A program made the translations under genes and the position numbers. Below the pieces are notes generated by a model, which searched no databases, was not told the origin of the DNA, and saw nothing but the letters and a program-made list of their open reading frames with translations. Below are positions 35,887 through 44,652 of a stretch of 64,000 nt of DNA, piece by piece (the first letter of the stretch is position 1; every line of letters starts with the position of its first letter). Source of the stretch: an uncultured Acidobacteriota bacterium (lineage in GTDB: Bacteria > Acidobacteriota > Terriglobia > Terriglobales > Acidobacteriaceae); the NCBI GenBank assembly GCA_963771285.1, contig CAVYSX010000016.1:9240-73239 (forward strand), read 5' to 3'.

Positions 35887-36714
35887 TTGGCAACGCCTAG
35901 CAGAACAATACCCCCGCAATTCGCCCCTGCATCGAGCGGCTTAGTGCTGCCCGCTTTCACCCTCTGGTGGCGTGAAATCGTTCGCTTCTATCGCCAGCGT
36001 TCACGCGTGGTAGGCGTCATCGCTTCCCCGCTCTTGTTCTGGCTGGTCATCGGTTCAGGTTTCGGCACCTCGTTTCGTGCGGGCAGCGCCCCCGGACAGC
36101 AGCATTACCTCGATTATTTCTACCCCGGCGCGCTGATCATGATCGTGTTGTTCACCTCGATTTTCACCATGATGTCGGTGATTGAAGATCGCAAGGAAGG
36201 TTTTCTGCTCTCGGTCATGGTCGCGCCCGTGCCGCGCGCAGCAATCGTTCTAGGAAAAGTGCTGGGAGGCACCACACTTTCCGCAATTCAAGGCCTGATT
36301 TTTCTGGCCTTCGCGCCATTCGTCGGCGTGCACATGGGCGTCGTTGATTTTCTTCTGATCGTATTGGTGGTCTTTCTGGTGGCCTTTGCGCTGACCTCGC
36401 TGGGATTCGCCATCGCTTGGCCCATGGATTCCACGCAAGCCTTTCACGCCATCATCAATCTTTTCCTGATCCCTCTGTGGCTTCTCTCTGGCTCCCTGTT
36501 TCCTTTGTCTGGAGCATCGGGCTGGCTGCGACTCCTGATGCGCTTGAATCCCCTGACCTACGGCGTCGAAGCTCTGCGCGGCCTGCTCTATCCGGAAAGC
36601 CCCACGGTGATGCCGCTACCCGAGTCGCTGGCAGCGTTGGGATTGTTTACGCTTTTCATGTTTGGACTGTGCTTTTACCGCGTAAGCCGCCGCACAACCA
36701 GGCCCGCAGCGTGA
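35887..36714 (+). CDS. ABC-2 type transporter permease
   Basis: Six-TM ABC-2 pattern (FTLWWREIVRFYRQRS...). Start taken as the in-frame TTG 35887, directly after the micro-protein stop; the track gives 35833. Confidence 0.75.
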   Translation: MATPSRTIPPQFAPASSGLVLPAFTLWWREIVRFYRQRSRVVGVIASPLLFWLVIGSGFGTSFRAGSAPGQQHYLDYFYPGALIMIVLFTSIFTMMSVIEDRKEGFLLSVMVAPVPRAAIVLGKVLGGTTLSAIQGLIFLAFAPFVGVHMGVVDFLLIVLVVFLVAFALTSLGFAIAWPMDSTQAFHAIINLFLIPLWLLSGSLFPLSGASGWLRLLMRLNPLTYGVEALRGLLYPESPTVMPLPESLAALGLFTLFMFGLCFYRVSRRTTRPAA

Positions 36715-37148
36715 TGCAAGTTCCCCCACAATTCGCAATGTTCCCCGCGATCGATGCTACTTTGAACGGGACAAGCGCGGTTCTACTGTTTATTGGCCGA
36801 GGCTTCATTAAGCAAGGGCGTATGGCGGCCCATCGCGCAATGATGATCGCAGCGCTGATTTCATCCAGTGTTTTCCTCGCTTGCTATCTTTACTACCACT
36901 GGCATGTCGGCTCGATACATTTTCAGGGGCAAGGCTGGTCGCGGCCCGTCTATTTCACCATTCTGATTTCGCACACAATACTGGCCGCCGCAATTGTCCC
37001 GCTCATCATCATTACGCTAAGCCGCGCACTGCGAGAGCGCTACGACCGTCATAGGCGCATAGCCCGCTGGACATACCCGTTGTGGATGTACGTATCAATA
37101 ACCGGAGTGATCGTTTATTTCATGCTCTATCATTTGTTTGCCGTATAG
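36714..37148 (+). CDS. DUF420 membrane protein (CtaM-like oxidase assembly factor family)
   Basis: MQVPPQFAMFPAIDATLNGTSAVLLFIGRGFIKQGRMAAHRAMM...ISHTILAAAIVPL...HRRIARWTYPLWMYVSITGV. The ATG overlaps the permease TGA. Confidence 0.75.
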   Translation: MQVPPQFAMFPAIDATLNGTSAVLLFIGRGFIKQGRMAAHRAMMIAALISSSVFLACYLYYHWHVGSIHFQGQGWSRPVYFTILISHTILAAAIVPLIIITLSRALRERYDRHRRIARWTYPLWMYVSITGVIVYFMLYHLFAV

Positions 37149-37159
37149 AAATGCTGTTA

Positions 37160-37283
37160 CCCCAGAGGCACAGAGCCACGGAGAAATCGCTTGGGTTTTC
37201 ACTACCCGCAAGTAGCTTATCAGAACAGTAAGAAGAGAAAGAAGATTTTCTCTGTGACTCTGCGTCTCTGTGTCTCTGTGGTG
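37160..37283. repeat. inverted pair of CACAGRGG-family repeat modules
   Basis: Left arm CCCCAGAGGCACAGAGCCACGGAG (37160-37183). Right arm CTCTGTGACTCTGCGTCTCTGTGTCTCTGTGGTG (37250-37283), in the opposite orientation. About 65 nt lie between them. Confidence 0.8.
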
Positions 37284-37296
37284 AAATGGTTTTCCC

Positions 37297-37566
37297 ATGT
37301 CAATTGTCAGACTAAAAATCGATGTCTCCGGCACGACTGGCGACGAAGCCTGGCGCGAACTTAAACAATTCGACCAGATTCAGAGCGCTGATTTCGGCCC
37401 GCAGTTCGGCAGTGGCGGGCGTTGCAATCATCCGCTCAACGCGCCGCACAATAAAGGCGAATGGATCGGAGCCGAAATCCACCTTCAGACACCGCTTCTA
37501 GCCCAATACGCGGTCTCGCACTACCTGGAGCAGGATCGCGTGCTGGACGCGGATGTCGTGGAGTAG
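37297..37566 (+). CDS. hypothetical protein (89 aa)
   Basis: Track ORF with coding-like codon usage. No family recognised. Confidence 0.4.
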   Translation: MSIVRLKIDVSGTTGDEAWRELKQFDQIQSADFGPQFGSGGRCNHPLNAPHNKGEWIGAEIHLQTPLLAQYAVSHYLEQDRVLDADVVE

Positions 37567-37648
37567 ATCTGCGTTTCTTTGCGTTCTCCGCAAACTCTGT
37601 GGCGAAAGGCTTTTGACCTAAGCGGTCTGCTAATATTTCGGTCATCTT

Positions 37649-38527
37649 ATGTCAGCACTCCCCGAAGCAACGGCGTCCACCGAAGCCCCTAAGCCCAAGC
37701 CGCGTATGTCTACGCGCAATCGGATTCTGTTTTTCTTCACCGCGTGGCTCATCGTCCTTATGCCGTTTCTGTTCTGGTGGAACACCTGGTTTGGCCGCCA
37801 GCTTTCTGCGCAGCAGTTAACCGAGTATCTGCAAGACGAAAAGAAGCCCCGCCACATCCAACAAGCCCTCGTGCAAATCGGCGAACGCATTGACCGTCAC
37901 GATCCCGCAGTATCCCAGTGGTATGGAGATCTGGTGCGCCTCGCCACGCATCCCGTCGAAGAAGTCCGCAATACCGACGCCTGGGTTATGGGCCAGGACG
38001 CCACCAGCAAAGAAGCTTCCAGCGCGGGATTCCACGAGGCTCTACTCAAGATGCTGACTGATCCGTCGCTCACGGTCCGGGGCAACGCCGCATTGTCACT
38101 AGTGCGCTTTGGCGACGCAACCGGAAGGCCGCAGATATTAGAACTCCTGCAATCCGCCAAAGTGTCCGCGCCGCAATCCGGAAAAGTAATCGACACCAGC
38201 TCCGTCGGCACTACGATCCATCAGGGCGGAATCGTCGCCAAGTTAGAAGATGCCGGACAGACGGTCGATGTACGCTCCCCCATCACCGGCCGCTTGCGGA
38301 CCCTGTTCGTACAAACCGGCCAAGCTCTATCTGCAGGAACTCAAATCGCAACAATCGATCCCAGCACCGAACAACTTTGGGAAGCCCTGCGCGCACTCTA
38401 TCTGGTTGGCCAACCGGGAGACCTGGTCGCAATCACTCCCTACGAGCGAAATCTGCCCGAAATTCCCGATCACATCCGACAACAAGCCACCGAAACCGAA
38501 AAGGCCATCCGGACGAGAACGAAATAG
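37649..38527 (+). CDS. membrane-anchored HEAT-repeat protein with C-terminal biotinyl/lipoyl-like (HlyD-barrel-type) domain
   Basis: TM helix ILFFFTAWLIVLMPFLFWW. HEAT-like HPVEEVRNTDAW...DPSLTVRGNAALSLVRFGD. GKVIDTSSVGTTIHQGGIVAKLED...ITGRLRTLFVQTGQALSAGTQIATI. Confidence 0.6.
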   Translation: MSALPEATASTEAPKPKPRMSTRNRILFFFTAWLIVLMPFLFWWNTWFGRQLSAQQLTEYLQDEKKPRHIQQALVQIGERIDRHDPAVSQWYGDLVRLATHPVEEVRNTDAWVMGQDATSKEASSAGFHEALLKMLTDPSLTVRGNAALSLVRFGDATGRPQILELLQSAKVSAPQSGKVIDTSSVGTTIHQGGIVAKLEDAGQTVDVRSPITGRLRTLFVQTGQALSAGTQIATIDPSTEQLWEALRALYLVGQPGDLVAITPYERNLPEIPDHIRQQATETEKAIRTRTK

Positions 38528-38596
38528 AAGATGGAGAGGAACGCGAACCGACGGACCGCAGATTTACCTGAATGCTGAACACTCCACGGTGAAATC

Positions 38597-39004
38597 ATGC
38601 CTCAAACCATCGGCTACGTCGCCCTGGTCGTCCACGACTATGACGAAGCCATCGCATACTTTACCCAACGCCTGGGATTCACTCTGATCGAGGACTCTGA
38701 AGCCACAGATCGCCTGGGCAACGAAAAAAGATGGGTGCTGGTCAGTCCACCCGGATCGGGCGGCACGAACCTGCTTCTCGCGCGCGCCTCCACTCCGGCG
38801 GAGACGGCCTGCATTGGCAATCAAACCGGAGGCCGTGTTTTTCTCTTTCTCCACACCGACGACTTCTGGCGCGATTACCACGAAATGCAATCAAGGGGTG
38901 TGAAGTTCAGAGAGGAGCCGCGCCAGGAACCATACGGCACGGTAGCAGTCTTCGAGGACCTATATGGCAATAAATGGGATCTGCTGGAGCTCAAGAAAAG
39001 GTGA
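38597..39004 (+). CDS. VOC-family (glyoxalase/bleomycin-resistance fold) protein
   Basis: IGYVALVVHDYDEAIAYFTQRLGFTLIED...FLFLHTDDFWRDYHEMQSRGVKF...VFEDLYGNKWDLLE. Confidence 0.8.
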   Translation: MPQTIGYVALVVHDYDEAIAYFTQRLGFTLIEDSEATDRLGNEKRWVLVSPPGSGGTNLLLARASTPAETACIGNQTGGRVFLFLHTDDFWRDYHEMQSRGVKFREEPRQEPYGTVAVFEDLYGNKWDLLELKKR

Positions 39005-39028
39005 AGGTGAGGAGCTGGAAGCGAGAAA

Positions 39029-39415
39029 CTAAATCGGCATCGCTCCAACTTCTTTTTCCACATCCACCGTATCCACCATTACAATCGCATCCCACGGGCA
39101 GCCGTCGAGGAAGCATCCGTCGGGTCCTTTGCTGAGGCACTTCTTGCAGCCGATACAGAGGATGGGGTCGACCTGAATCCGGCCGAACGGCGGATGATCT
39201 TCATCGGGAACCCAGAACATGCAATCTTCTACCGGGCAATATTCCACGCAAGCTGGCGAGCCCGCGCACCCGGTACAGCATTCGGTGATTACTGCCAACT
39301 CCTTTGGTTTCTTCTTGCGAGGAGTCAACAGCCCCTTGGACTTGGGCTCAAACTTCAACTCGTCAGGAACCAAGCCAACCGGTCTCTCGAATCCCGATTC
39401 AGCGGACATGGCCAC
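39029..39415 (-). CDS. 4Fe-4S dicluster ferredoxin-type protein
   Basis: CTGCAGSPACVEYCP and CIGCKKCLSKGPDGCFLDGCPWDAI cysteine clusters. Confidence 0.75.
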   Translation of the reverse strand: MAMSAESGFERPVGLVPDELKFEPKSKGLLTPRKKKPKELAVITECCTGCAGSPACVEYCPVEDCMFWVPDEDHPPFGRIQVDPILCIGCKKCLSKGPDGCFLDGCPWDAIVMVDTVDVEKEVGAMPI

Positions 39416-39611
39416 AATTATACCTTAACCGCCAAAACTGTCCGGACAGACGAACCCTCCGAACCTCAAGGCACCAACGCCCGCCACGATGACAGCGAAA
39501 CCTAATGCCGTTTTGGTCCACTTGCGCCATGTTTGCATGCTTTGCGGTAAAAGGCTCTCCAGTTTCTGATATATTTGCCTTCCAGCCACCATCATTCAAA
39601 GGAGCCGCCCC

Positions 39612-40088
39612 ATGGCAGGAAAGAGCGTAAACAAAGTCATTCTCATCGGAAATCTCGGCAAGGATCCCGAGGTAAAGTACACGCCAGCGGGCATGCCGGT
39701 CGCCAAGTTTTCCCTGGCCACCAATGAACGATTCAAAGACAAAGAAGGCCAATGGCAAGACCGCACCGAGTGGCACAACATCGTGGCCTTCCAACGCCTG
39801 GCAGAAATCGTTGGCGAATATTTGAAAAAAGGTGGGAAGTGCTTTATCGAAGGCAGCCTGCGCACCAGCTCTTGGGATGACAAAGAAACCGGGCAGAAGA
39901 AGTATAAGACGGAAATTATTGCCAACGATCTCGTGCTGCTCAGCGGACGCGGTGAAGGGGCTGGGGATGATTCGGGCGGGCGCTCGCGGGGCGCCGCGGC
40001 TGGCGGAAACAATTTCGATCAGCGCGCGCAAGAATCAGAACCGGTTCCTGCCTCCTCCCCGATCAGCGACGAAGATATTCCGTTCTGA
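39612..40088 (+). CDS. ssb: single-stranded DNA-binding protein
   Basis: [34 protein letters not shown]...TEWHNIVAF...[11 protein letters not shown], a Gly-rich linker, and the acidic tip DEDIPF. Confidence 0.9.
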   Translation: MAGKSVNKVILIGNLGKDPEVKYTPAGMPVAKFSLATNERFKDKEGQWQDRTEWHNIVAFQRLAEIVGEYLKKGGKCFIEGSLRTSSWDDKETGQKKYKTEIIANDLVLLSGRGEGAGDDSGGRSRGAAAGGNNFDQRAQESEPVPASSPISDEDIPF

Positions 40089-40120
40089 TCGGGGTCGGAG
40101 TTGATATCACCCTGCGAGCT

Positions 40121-40699
40121 TTAAGCGGCCCGCGCGCGTAGTGGACTCTCGCCCAAGCTTGCGGCCGCCTTGCGAACCGCAAGTGTCATCATCAGGCGGG
40201 TCATGCCGGTCATAATCATGCTCACGCCCACGAGCGTGCCGATGACCCACAGCGAACCGATGGGCCAGCGGTTCCAGATCATGAAACCCAAAATCAGAGT
40301 CACGACTCCGTCGAACAGCATCCACGACGAACCGCCAGTCTTGCGGGTGGAAGCGTAAGCCACCACATCCGCCGCGCCCTCAGCGAAGAAGAAAATTCCC
40401 AATACCAGAGTCAGGCCCGCAGCTCCCAGACCCGGACGAGCAATCAGGTAGAACCCGGCCGCAAGATAGAAAACTGCGACCAAAAGCTTCCACGTAATGT
40501 GGCCAATCCCCTTGGACTGAAATGCGTGAATCAATTGCGCAAACCCGTCGAACATGACCAGCCAACCAATCACAATGACGACTCCGATTGACGTTGCCAT
40601 AGGCAACGTGATGGCGAGGACCCCGAACAAGATCAATACGATCGCCATCACCAGCGAGACTCGCGAGGCGCTCTTCAATCCACTCTCTAGTGCATTCAT
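40121..40699 (-). CDS. HdeD-family (DUF308) membrane protein
   Basis: Six TM helices with the repeated GxxxIxxG pattern (ILFGVLAITLP..., WLVMFDGFAQL..., LILGFMIWNRWP...). Confidence 0.7.
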   Translation of the reverse strand: MNALESGLKSASRVSLVMAIVLILFGVLAITLPMATSIGVVIVIGWLVMFDGFAQLIHAFQSKGIGHITWKLLVAVFYLAAGFYLIARPGLGAAGLTLVLGIFFFAEGAADVVAYASTRKTGGSSWMLFDGVVTLILGFMIWNRWPIGSLWVIGTLVGVSMIMTGMTRLMMTLAVRKAAASLGESPLRARAA

Positions 40700-40945
40700 G
40701 GCTTCCTCCTTAGTCGATAATTCGTTGTGGAATGATCAGTGCAAAGGTTTGCGCACGGATCTTTTCAGCCGACAGTCTCTAGCGAACCCAAACCAATGTC
40801 AACCGTTTAAAACGCGGCTTCGAACTTTCGGCGTCCGATCCAACGACTTCAGACCGTTGTGGAGCACCGATGGGGAACTGACGGAAGATCGGTGGGTGAC
40901 ATGGTTGCTGACTCAAAATCGTTACAATGTTCCAGGAGCTCTTCT

Positions 40946-41272
40946 ATGACATCTCTAGCAAGCAAGACCTGCGTTCCCTGCCGCGGCGGGGTGCCTCCGA
41001 TTAAAGGTAAAGAACTTGAGGCGCTGCATTCACAAGTGCCGCAGTGGAACGTCGTGAACGAACACCACATCACCCGCTCTTTCGCATTTCCTGATTTCAA
41101 GCAGGCGCTGGATTTTGTGAATCGCGTGGGCGCGGTTGCGGAGGCGCAGGGGCATCATCCGGATATTCTGCTCGCCTGGGGCAAAGCAGAAATTACGATG
41201 TGGACCCACAAGATCGATGGTCTGACGGAGAGCGATTTCATCATGGCTGCCAAGATTGACAGCCTGATTTAG
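40946..41272 (+). CDS. 4a-hydroxytetrahydrobiopterin (pterin-4a-carbinolamine) dehydratase
   Basis: CVPCRGGVPPIKGKE...WNVVNEHHITRSFAFPDFKQALDFVNRVGAVAEAQGHHPDILLAWGKAEITMWTH. Start at ATG 40946 inside the track ORF. Confidence 0.85.
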   Translation: MTSLASKTCVPCRGGVPPIKGKELEALHSQVPQWNVVNEHHITRSFAFPDFKQALDFVNRVGAVAEAQGHHPDILLAWGKAEITMWTHKIDGLTESDFIMAAKIDSLI

Positions 41273-41287
41273 CAACGTAGCGCTCGG

Positions 41288-41309
41288 GAGACGTAGTTAG
41301 CTACGTCTC
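41288..41309 (+). terminator. stem-loop after the dehydratase gene
   Basis: GAGACGTAG-TTAG-CTACGTCTC: a perfect 9-bp stem 16 nt after the stop, followed by the T-containing tail TTCCCATTCATTTC. Confidence 0.5.
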
Positions 41310-41549
41310 TTCCCATTCATTTCATCCCAATTTCCTCTAATCCTTCCTGCGCGAACCCCGGCAAGCAGCTCGCAAATACAACCTCTTTTTGCTTGGGCGC
41401 AACTTATTCGCGAGGCTCGGGTTCAACACACCCAGCGGTGCGCTCTTGCGCCATGTCTTAGCGGCGGTAGTTGCCTCGCCGCCGACGGCCATATTGCCAC
41501 AAAAATAAACACCTGTTCTGGCCAAGCTGACAGTTGCGGAGGATCATAC

Positions 41550-44500
41550 GTGCAGGGTCATACGGGCGGAAAGCAAACTTCCAGGCTCACACTCTTACTG
41601 ACGTGGTTGATTTTTGCCGTTACGGCGGTTGCGCAAACGCCCCCGCCTCCTTCATTCATTGCGAAAGCCGATTTCTTCGTCGGCCAAACGCCGAACGGCG
41701 TGGCTGTCGCTGACCTGAATGGAGACGGAATACCTGATGCGGTTGTTTCAAACCGCGGTTCCAACAATGTTTCCGTGCTGCTGGGTAACGGCGATGGCAC
41801 TCTGCAGGCAGCCGTGAATTATGCGGTTGGCACGAGTCCGTCCGCGGTACAAATTGGAGACTTTAACGGCGACGGCAAGTTGGACTTGATCGTCACCAAT
41901 CAAGAATCCAGTTCGATCTCTGTGCTGTTGGGAAATGGCGATGGGACTTTCCAGGCTCAGAAGACCACCAATCTCCCGTCCGGGTCGTATCCCAGCGCGT
42001 TTGCGGTAGGAGATTTCAACGACGACAAGAATCTGGACATCGGCGTGCTGATCTCTGTCCCCGCCCAGGGCACTTATGCAATCGCAGTGTTGCTCGGTAA
42101 CGGAGACGGAAGCTTTCAGGCTCCGGTCAATTACAGTTCAGGGGCACAACCCAGTGCCATCCAAACTGGTGACTTCAATGGCGACGGCAAGACGGACCTG
42201 GTCACGCTGAACTTTGACAATGGGGGCCAAATTTCTGTCTATCCGGGCAACGGAGATGGAACTTTTCAGTCCGCGGTCAACACTCTGGTGACCGCCGCTT
42301 TCTCCACCATGGTGGTGGCTGACTTCAACCGGGACGGCTTCGCCGATGTTGCAGTGCAAGGCTTCATTTTGCTTGGCAATGGCGACGGCACTTTTCAAAC
42401 GCCAACGCCCAGCGTTCTTGGACCGGTGTCTGCAGCGGGCGATTTTAATGGCGACGGGATTATCGATCTCGCATCATCGAATGGCAATACGACTACAGTG
42501 TGGCTCGGAACCGGTGGTGGCGACTTCAAGCAGTCATCCAGTTTCACTGCTGCAGGGCAGGCGCTGGCAGTGGGTGATTTCAGTCAGGACGGCAAGCTCG
42601 ACCTGATTTCTGTCGGATTGGCAGGTGGAGGCGGAAATCTGGGGATTGCATCCGTAGCTTTGGGTCGAGGCGACGGGACATTCCTGGTCAGCAGCTCGAT
42701 TCCCGTCAAGATACCGGGCGAAGTGGGTACACCCATTTTTTTAACTTCTGCTGACTTCAACGGCGACAGCAAGCCTGATATCGCAGCTCTGGTTCAAGTC
42801 CGCAACGACTTGGATGTCGTTGCCATCCTGCCCGGGGATGGAAACGGAGTTTTTCAGCCAGCAATTCTTACCAGAATCCATACGACATCCGCGGTCTCGA
42901 TAACGGCAGCAGACTTGAATAAGGACGGCAAACTCGACCTGGTGGTTGCCGACTCGGATGGCAATTTCATTGTGCTTCTCGGTAAAGGAGATGGAACATT
43001 CGAGCCCGAAGTGGATTATCCAGGCGGGGGCGGAGCGGTGGTGGTGGCAGACTTCAATCAGGATGGGAACCTCGACATCGCGGCCGCCAATGTCAACACA
43101 AAAAGTGTGTTGGTCAGCTTAGGCAATGGCGATGGAACGTTCGGCGCTGCCGCGAGCATTTCAGTCGGTAATCCCGCAACTGCTCTTGTCGTCGCTGACT
43201 TCAATCAGGACGGTGCACGTCGATCTCGCCGTAGCTGCGGGCTCTGCGGCGGTGGTGCTCCTCGGGAACGGAAATGGGACTTTTCAAGCGCCCCTCACTT
43301 TACCGATTACTTCAACGGCCAATTCCATTGCCACGGGCGTATTTACAGGAAATGGAACTGCCGATCTAGCGGTTCTCAGTACTTGTATCTCAAGCACCAA
43401 CTGTTCCTTCGGCATGGTGAGCATATCTCCTGGGCAATGGCAATGGCACGTTCCAGAATCCGGCAGTTGTCAATGTCGGTTACCAGCCATCGCGCTATTT
43501 CAGTGAACGATCTTAATGGCGACGGCAAGGCAGATATCTCGACGTTAAATGCCGGGGGCAACGACGTCTCGATTCTGGTGGGAAACGGTGACGGAACTTT
43601 CCAGCCACCGGCAAATTTCGGGACCGATGCCATCGTTGGAAAATACACGACGGCAGATTTCAGCAGCGACGGCGCTTTCGACATCGCGGTCGCAACCGGT
43701 CCCGGCGTTTCGTTTCTCTTCAACCGCGTGCCAGGTGCCTCCGCGGTCTTGTCGACCGACACGCTCGCGTTTGGAAGCCAGGTAGTAAATCTTCCGCTTG
43801 CAGCTCCGCCGGTTACGCTCAGCAATCTCGGCCGCTCTGCCCTTGCCATCAGCAGCATTAAGGTAACGGGACCACAGAACGGTGACTTCAGCGAAACTGA
43901 CACCTGTGGAACCAGTCTGCCCGCGGGAGACGATTGCCTCATCAGCGTTTCCTTTACGCCGTTGGGCGCGGGAACACGAAGCGCGACGCTCGCCATCACG
44001 GACAGTGCAACATCCAGTCCGCAGACGATTGCACTCTCGGGCACAGGATTGGCCGGAACGCTGAATTTCCAAGTCGCAACCGGGAGTTCCAACTCGGAGA
44101 CGGTCGCCGCCGGAAAAAACGTGGTTTACCTGCTCTCCATCGGAGGCGGGGGCGTTGCGGGTAGCGCTACTCTAGCCTGCACAGGTGCGCCCGCTGGCGC
44201 CACTTGTTCCGTCCCGGCCACTACGAATGTCAGCGCCTCGCAACCCAGCATCGTAACCGTAAATGTGACCACCACTTCGCGGACCACGACTGCTCTTGCT
44301 CACGGCAGCGGCATGTCATGGATGTGGGCGATGGGGATTGTCGGGTTGTGCCTACTGCCGGGTTCTGCGGGGTCGCAGCGAGGACGGCGTTCGGCCGCGG
44401 CTCTATTGCGCAGCTGGCCGCTGCTATTGCTGGTGTTTCTTGCGTCCTGCGGCGGTGGTAGCAGCAGTAACAGTAGCAGTACGACCGGTCCGCAGACCAA

Positions 44501-44597
44501 TCCCAATGGCACTCCGGCGGGAACTTACACTCTGACGGTAACTGCGACGGTGGGATCGATCCAGCAAACTGTGCCGCTCACTTTGAGCGTGGAGTAG
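41550..44597 (+). CDS. FG-GAP/VCBS-repeat protein with choice-of-anchor-D-like domain; contains a ~280-nt internally out-of-frame stretch
   Basis: Signal peptide, then more than 12 repeats of (A/G)DFNGDGKxD...VLLGNGDGTFQ. LAFGSQVVNL...ISSIKVTGPQNGDFSETDTCGTSLPAGDDCLISVSFTP is choice-of-anchor-D-like. Between about 43215 and 43495 the repeat consensus runs in the two other frames (see findings). The annotated frame stays open. Confidence 0.8.
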   Translation: MQGHTGGKQTSRLTLLLTWLIFAVTAVAQTPPPPSFIAKADFFVGQTPNGVAVADLNGDGIPDAVVSNRGSNNVSVLLGNGDGTLQAAVNYAVGTSPSAVQIGDFNGDGKLDLIVTNQESSSISVLLGNGDGTFQAQKTTNLPSGSYPSAFAVGDFNDDKNLDIGVLISVPAQGTYAIAVLLGNGDGSFQAPVNYSSGAQPSAIQTGDFNGDGKTDLVTLNFDNGGQISVYPGNGDGTFQSAVNTLVTAAFSTMVVADFNRDGFADVAVQGFILLGNGDGTFQTPTPSVLGPVSAAGDFNGDGIIDLASSNGNTTTVWLGTGGGDFKQSSSFTAAGQALAVGDFSQDGKLDLISVGLAGGGGNLGIASVALGRGDGTFLVSSSIPVKIPGEVGTPIFLTSADFNGDSKPDIAALVQVRNDLDVVAILPGDGNGVFQPAILTRIHTTSAVSITAADLNKDGKLDLVVADSDGNFIVLLGKGDGTFEPEVDYPGGGGAVVVADFNQDGNLDIAAANVNTKSVLVSLGNGDGTFGAAASISVGNPATALVVADFNQDGARRSRRSCGLCGGGAPRERKWDFSSAPHFTDYFNGQFHCHGRIYRKWNCRSSGSQYLYLKHQLFLRHGEHISWAMAMARSRIRQLSMSVTSHRAISVNDLNGDGKADISTLNAGGNDVSILVGNGDGTFQPPANFGTDAIVGKYTTADFSSDGAFDIAVATGPGVSFLFNRVPGASAVLSTDTLAFGSQVVNLPLAAPPVTLSNLGRSALAISSIKVTGPQNGDFSETDTCGTSLPAGDDCLISVSFTPLGAGTRSATLAITDSATSSPQTIALSGTGLAGTLNFQVATGSSNSETVAAGKNVVYLLSIGGGGVAGSATLACTGAPAGATCSVPATTNVSASQPSIVTVNVTTTSRTTTALAHGSGMSWMWAMGIVGLCLLPGSAGSQRGRRSAAALLRSWPLLLLVFLASCGGGSSSNSSSTTGPQTNPNGTPAGTYTLTVTATVGSIQQTVPLTLSVE

Positions 44598-44612
44598 TTC
44601 ATGGGGACGATC

Positions 44613-44642
44613 CTCAGGCGCGGGGACAGTGCCGCACCTGAG
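44613..44642. terminator. hairpin between convergent genes (possible bidirectional terminator)
   Basis: CTCAGGCGCGG-GGACAGTG-CCGCACCTGAG: an 11-bp stem with one mismatch, between the FG-GAP stop (44597) and the MFS stop (44653). Confidence 0.4.
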
Positions 44643-44652
44643 AATTAGCGAG

